A stretch of 64,000 bases of DNA, from NCBI GenBank assembly GCA_051294375.1, contig CM119268.1, positions 3,886,992-3,950,991 of the forward strand, given 5' to 3'. Of the stretch, positions 59,891-64,000 are shown one piece after another. A program made the translations under genes and the position numbers. The stretch's first letter is position 1. Each line of letters starts with the position of its first letter. This DNA is from Paraspadella gotoi (Eukaryota; Animalia; Chaetognatha). A model generated the notes under the pieces. That model did no database searches and had not been told where the DNA came from. It saw only the letters and a program-made list of their open reading frames with translations.

Positions 59891-60161
59891 TTGAAGCTTG
59901 TATTGGCACAAAAATAAACAATTCTTAATATTCATATTTGTCATAAAATAATTAATTCGAACCTAAAACCTCGTTCCTTAAATTCATTCACATTTCCTTT
60001 GTAAAGTCCTGACGACCGCTTATTATTCAATACGGTTAGCGGGGCCCGTCGTCTGCTGTCCGTCGGCTGCGGAAAGAAGCTGCATGTAAACAAAAGACTT
60101 TAATATTGTATAAAGAGTGTAAACATTATTATTAGTAGCTCCCGTCAGCTTTAACTAAATA

Positions 60162-62348
60162 ATGGCGACGACCACCACCCCTCCAATTCTCGAAACCTTC
60201 AACGATGTGGCGGAGGCTTCGACTGTCGCCTCGGAGCCCGCCTCCCGCTCCGAGTCACCCACGAGCGAATCTTCCAGCGACACCGTCACCAGCCACGCCT
60301 CCTCTTCCTCCGCCGGTGTGTTCTCGACGTCGACTTCCACCGAGACGCCGCTCAACCTTCCCGCGTCTCCGGAATTGGCCTCCAAGCCGGAAACGGATCC
60401 CGACTCCGGCGTCAAGGAATCCCTGGCCGAAATGAAGAAGGAGAACGATCTCATCGAGAAAGAACTGGAGGAGGAAAACAAGCGCGAGGAGTTGCTGCAT
60501 TCGGCCAATCGCGGAGACTCTGAGCAAAAATACCAGCAGCTCCGCTATCTGCTGGAGAAGAGCACCACCTATACCGACTACCTCTTCCGGCGGATGGAGG
60601 CGCAGCGGGAAAAGAGCCGGAAAAAGGCGGAGAAGCGGGAAAAGAAGCGGGCGATGATACTGCAGGAGGAGCGGGAAGCGGCTGTTGCTGCGGAGGAAAA
60701 AAGCGGCAAGAAGAGGAAGAGGATCGAAGACGAGGAAGACTCGGCGGCCAAGCGCTCCAAGGCCGAAGACGGTCGCCCGGTTGTCAAAGAGGAAACGGTT
60801 GTCGACGCCGAGGGCGGCATCCTTCCTGTGGTGGAAAACCTCGCCCAAGTCGTGGCCGGCCTCCGCCCCGACGCTTTCAGCCGCTCGGTGAACGGGGAGA
60901 AGGTGTCAGATCTGCAACCGCGCCTCGTCTCCGGCGGGGTCTTGCGGGATTACCAGATCAAGGGTTTCGTGTGGATGAAGGGACTCTTCGAAAACGCCAT
61001 AAATGGCATCCTCGCCGACGAGATGGGTCTCGGCAAGACGGTGCAATGCATCTCCCTCGTGGCGCATCTGGTCTCACAAAAATGCGAAGGCCCATTTTTG
61101 ATCGTCGCTCCCCTCTCCACCGTCCCCAACTGGTTCTCCGAATTCAAGAGATTCACGCCTCTCTTGCCTGTGATGGTTCATCACGGGGCCAAAGAGGCGC
61201 GACTGGCGGGAGCGAGAAAGATCGGCAAGGTGAGTTATGGGGTGATATTTAGTGATTTATTAAATTTGTTTAAAAGCTTTTGATAAATGTCAGGTCCGCC
61301 CCGTTGGTCCTTTTTTCTCCCGTCCCGTGGTCATCACCTCCTACGAGATGATCATCCACGATCGACGAGTCATCGGCCGCTTCCCCTGGAAATGCATCAT
61401 CGTGGACGAAGGTCACCGCATCAAAAACATGAACTGCCGTCTTATTCGGGAGCTCAAGCTCTTCGATTCGTGCAACCGGCTTCTGCTCACCGGAACCCCG
61501 CTCCAGAACAATCTGGCCGAGCTCTGGTCGCTGCTCAACTTTCTTCTCCCCGACATCTTCGACGACTTGAATTCGTTCGAGTCTTGGTTCGACATGAGCC
61601 TCGTTACGGACGAGGGCGGACAGGAGGCCATCCTTCGCGCAGAACGAGAGAACAATGTCCTCTCGATGCTCCATCGCATCCTCGAGCCTTTCCTTCTCCG
61701 CCGGCTTAAGAGCGACGTCCACCTGGACATTCCGCCCAAGCGAGAGGTGCTCGTCTACGCGCCGCTGACCGCCGAGCAGCGGGAGCTATACCAGTCGGCC
61801 GTCAACCGCACCATCGAGACGCTGCTGAAGGAAAAGTCGGGTGAGGCCGTCGGGGATTGCCTGGCGGCGGAGGAGGAAGAGGAGGATGTCGGCCGCGGGA
61901 GGCGACAACGAAAGGCGAAGATCGATTTCAACTACGCTTTTTTCGACAGCGGGGAAAAACAGGGGAAGAGGATGTCGTTGGTGAAGAGACGGGACGAGGA
62001 AAACAGGTGATTTATTGGGGCTTTATCCTTTTTTTTTTTTTGAAAGGGGAATCAGGATATGAAGAAAAACGTCATTTTTATTTATATCGAGTGATCGAAC
62101 AGCTGCTTTTTTAAATCAAGTAAACTTCCAAATTTTAGTATTACTTGTACGTATGCTAAGTGTTCGCTATCTTTTTTCTTTTTAACGTTAAATGTAAATT
62201 TACAATTACTTAAATGTTTAGGGAAAAAACTGTGGCCGAGAAGAAAGGGAAGAACAAAGAGGGAAAAGGAAAAGCAAACGGGAGAAAAGCGAAAAAGGAA
62301 GTAGAAGACGATGACAAGGAAAACGATGGCGACGAAAAAGAAGACTGG
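60162..62348 (+). CDS. HELLS: SNF2-family chromatin remodeler HELLS/LSH (DDM1 subfamily), 5' part
   Basis: Exons 60162-61229, 61294-62006 and 62222-62348 splice in frame. L.YLLEKS..Y..YL N-terminal motif, LRDYQ, GILADEMGLGKT, DEGHRIKNMNCRLIREL, LLLTGTPLQNNLAELWSLLNFLLPDIFDDL..FESWFD. C-terminal helicase exons were not found in the window. Confidence 0.9.
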
Positions 62349-63019
62349 TAAGTTTTTAAATACACGATTTACTGAATTGAATAAATTACAAATTTGCTTT
62401 ATTATGGCTTGCTCCGGTAAATATATTTTGTAACAGCTATTATAAGAATAACAATTATATATATATGTTAAGGTGGGCCAAAATTGGTCACTTTTTATCA
62501 TAAGGAGTTCTGTAATATAAAATTCATTTGTCCATCATATACTTGATCAATATTTACTTTTAATTTTTATTTCGCCAGACGGGCGAATGCCCGACTTGGG
62601 CGAGATGTTAATTTGTTTCTGCTTCTTTTGATCGTCGTTGTCATGCCGTTTTAACATTGAAAATAGTTCAAGAGTGTAACCATAGGAAGCTAAAAAATTA
62701 GATATAGCTTCTAATCGTCAAGATCTTTTAGATACAAATGTTTCATATTCCTCCACTCATTTGTTTGTTTTATTTACAAAACAATTTTTAAATATATACG
62801 AGTTCAGCTGTCCAGCTCTTTATCTTTCTCTTTTTTAAATATATGTCGGTCTCTCTCTCAAATAATCAGATGTCGCGCTCTCTCTCTCTTTTTCCTGTGG
62901 CTGCTTCTTCTGACTCGTTTAAAAACGATTTAAGCTCTGCAGCGGCTGTCCAGTTTTTATCCTTTTTCTTTCTTTCTTTCTCTCTCTCACACATACACGC
63001 ATTTGTTTGTTTTTATTTA

Positions 63020-63480
63020 TAATGATTATCATCGCATCAATGAATGATTATCATCGCATCAATGAATGATTATTATTGCATCAATGAATGATTATTATTG
63101 CATCAATGAATGATTATCATCGCATCAATGAATATCATCGTATCAATAAATGACTATCATTGTCAATGAATGATTATCATAGCATCCATCATTTTGTTAT
63201 CATCGCATCCATCATTTTGTTATCATCGCATCCATCATTTTGTTATCATCGCATCCATCATTTGGTTATCATCGCATCCATCATTTGGTTATCATCGCAT
63301 CCATCATTTGGTTATCATCGCATCAATATTTGGTTATTATCGCATCAATCTTTGGTTATTATCGCATCAATCTTTGGTTATCGCATCAATCTTTGGTTAT
63401 TATCGCATCAATCTTTGGTTATCTTTGCATCAATATTTAGTTATCATCGCATCAATATTTGGTTATCGCATCAATAATTA
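63020..63480. repeat. ~22-24-bp minisatellite (TATCATCGCATC + variable spacer), ~20 copies
   Basis: ATCGCATC core repeated throughout. Confidence 0.9.
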
Positions 63481-63723
63481 ATTACTATTACATCAATCTA
63501 TTATTACATCAATAATTTGTTCTTGCTTCAATCATTTTCGGGTTTTTTTTTTCAAAATTTTTTATTAATTTTTTTTTTATAGTAACGTCTGGCGAGATCA
63601 CTATACTTTTAGGATTTTTAGTCGGATCTGCTTATCAGCAGATCCCGACTCTATAACTCACTTTGTCGGTCTTTGTTGTGTTTTAGATAATTGAAACTAA
63701 AGACAAAGTCTTGNNNNNNNNNN

Positions 63724-64000
63724 AATTTTTAAATATATACGAGTTCAGCTGTCCAGCTCTTTATCTTTCTCTTTTTTAAATATATGTCGGTCTCTCTCTC
63801 AAATAATCAGATGTCGCGCTCTCTCTCTCTTTTTCCTGTGGCTGCTTCTTCTGACTCGTTTAAAAACGATTTAAGCTCTGCAGCGGCTGTCCAGTTTTTA
63901 TCCTTTTTCTTTCTTTCTTTCTCTCTCTCACACATACACGCATTTGTTTGTTTTTATTTATAATGATTATCATCGCATCAATGAATGATTATCATCGCAT
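63724..64000. repeat. Duplicate of ~62783-63059 across the 10-N gap
   Basis: Essentially identical sequence on either side of the gap (contig overlap). Confidence 0.9.

Noticed and set aside
60255-61739. Antisense ORFs over HELLS (similar ones lie over myosin and TenA exons)
   Set aside because: Shadow ORFs of GC-rich coding sequence.

Overview
Animal genomic DNA: AT-rich, microsatellite-dense, with short introns. It looks like an error-prone draft assembly with N-gaps at 16696-16720, 30758-30782 and 63714-63723, each flanked by duplicated sequence. Supported genes: head-to-head tRNA-iMet and tRNA-Lys; a PTP1B/TC-PTP-like phosphatase (minus strand, with an error-laden inverted copy); a myosin II heavy chain (5' part duplicated) whose rod seems to end after ~200 aa; two TenA/thiaminase-II-family paralogs nested antisense in a 9-kb myosin intron; and the 5' part of HELLS/LSH. 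Mobile DNA includes two families of miniature LTR elements with tRNA-like LTRs and a shared PBS, Helentron-like repeats, a foldback element and a Penelope-type hammerhead remnant. The most unusual signal is at 30783-36160: co-oriented short orphan ORFs, several preceded by an apparently unpaired AG acceptor, with 17 hand-counted ACTTACC copies (U1 5'-end-like, complement of a splice donor) on one strand. This may be a trans-spliced polycistronic cassette. Donor usage also looks relaxed (three GC donors, one apparent GA donor). All gene models were read by eye; no searches were run.
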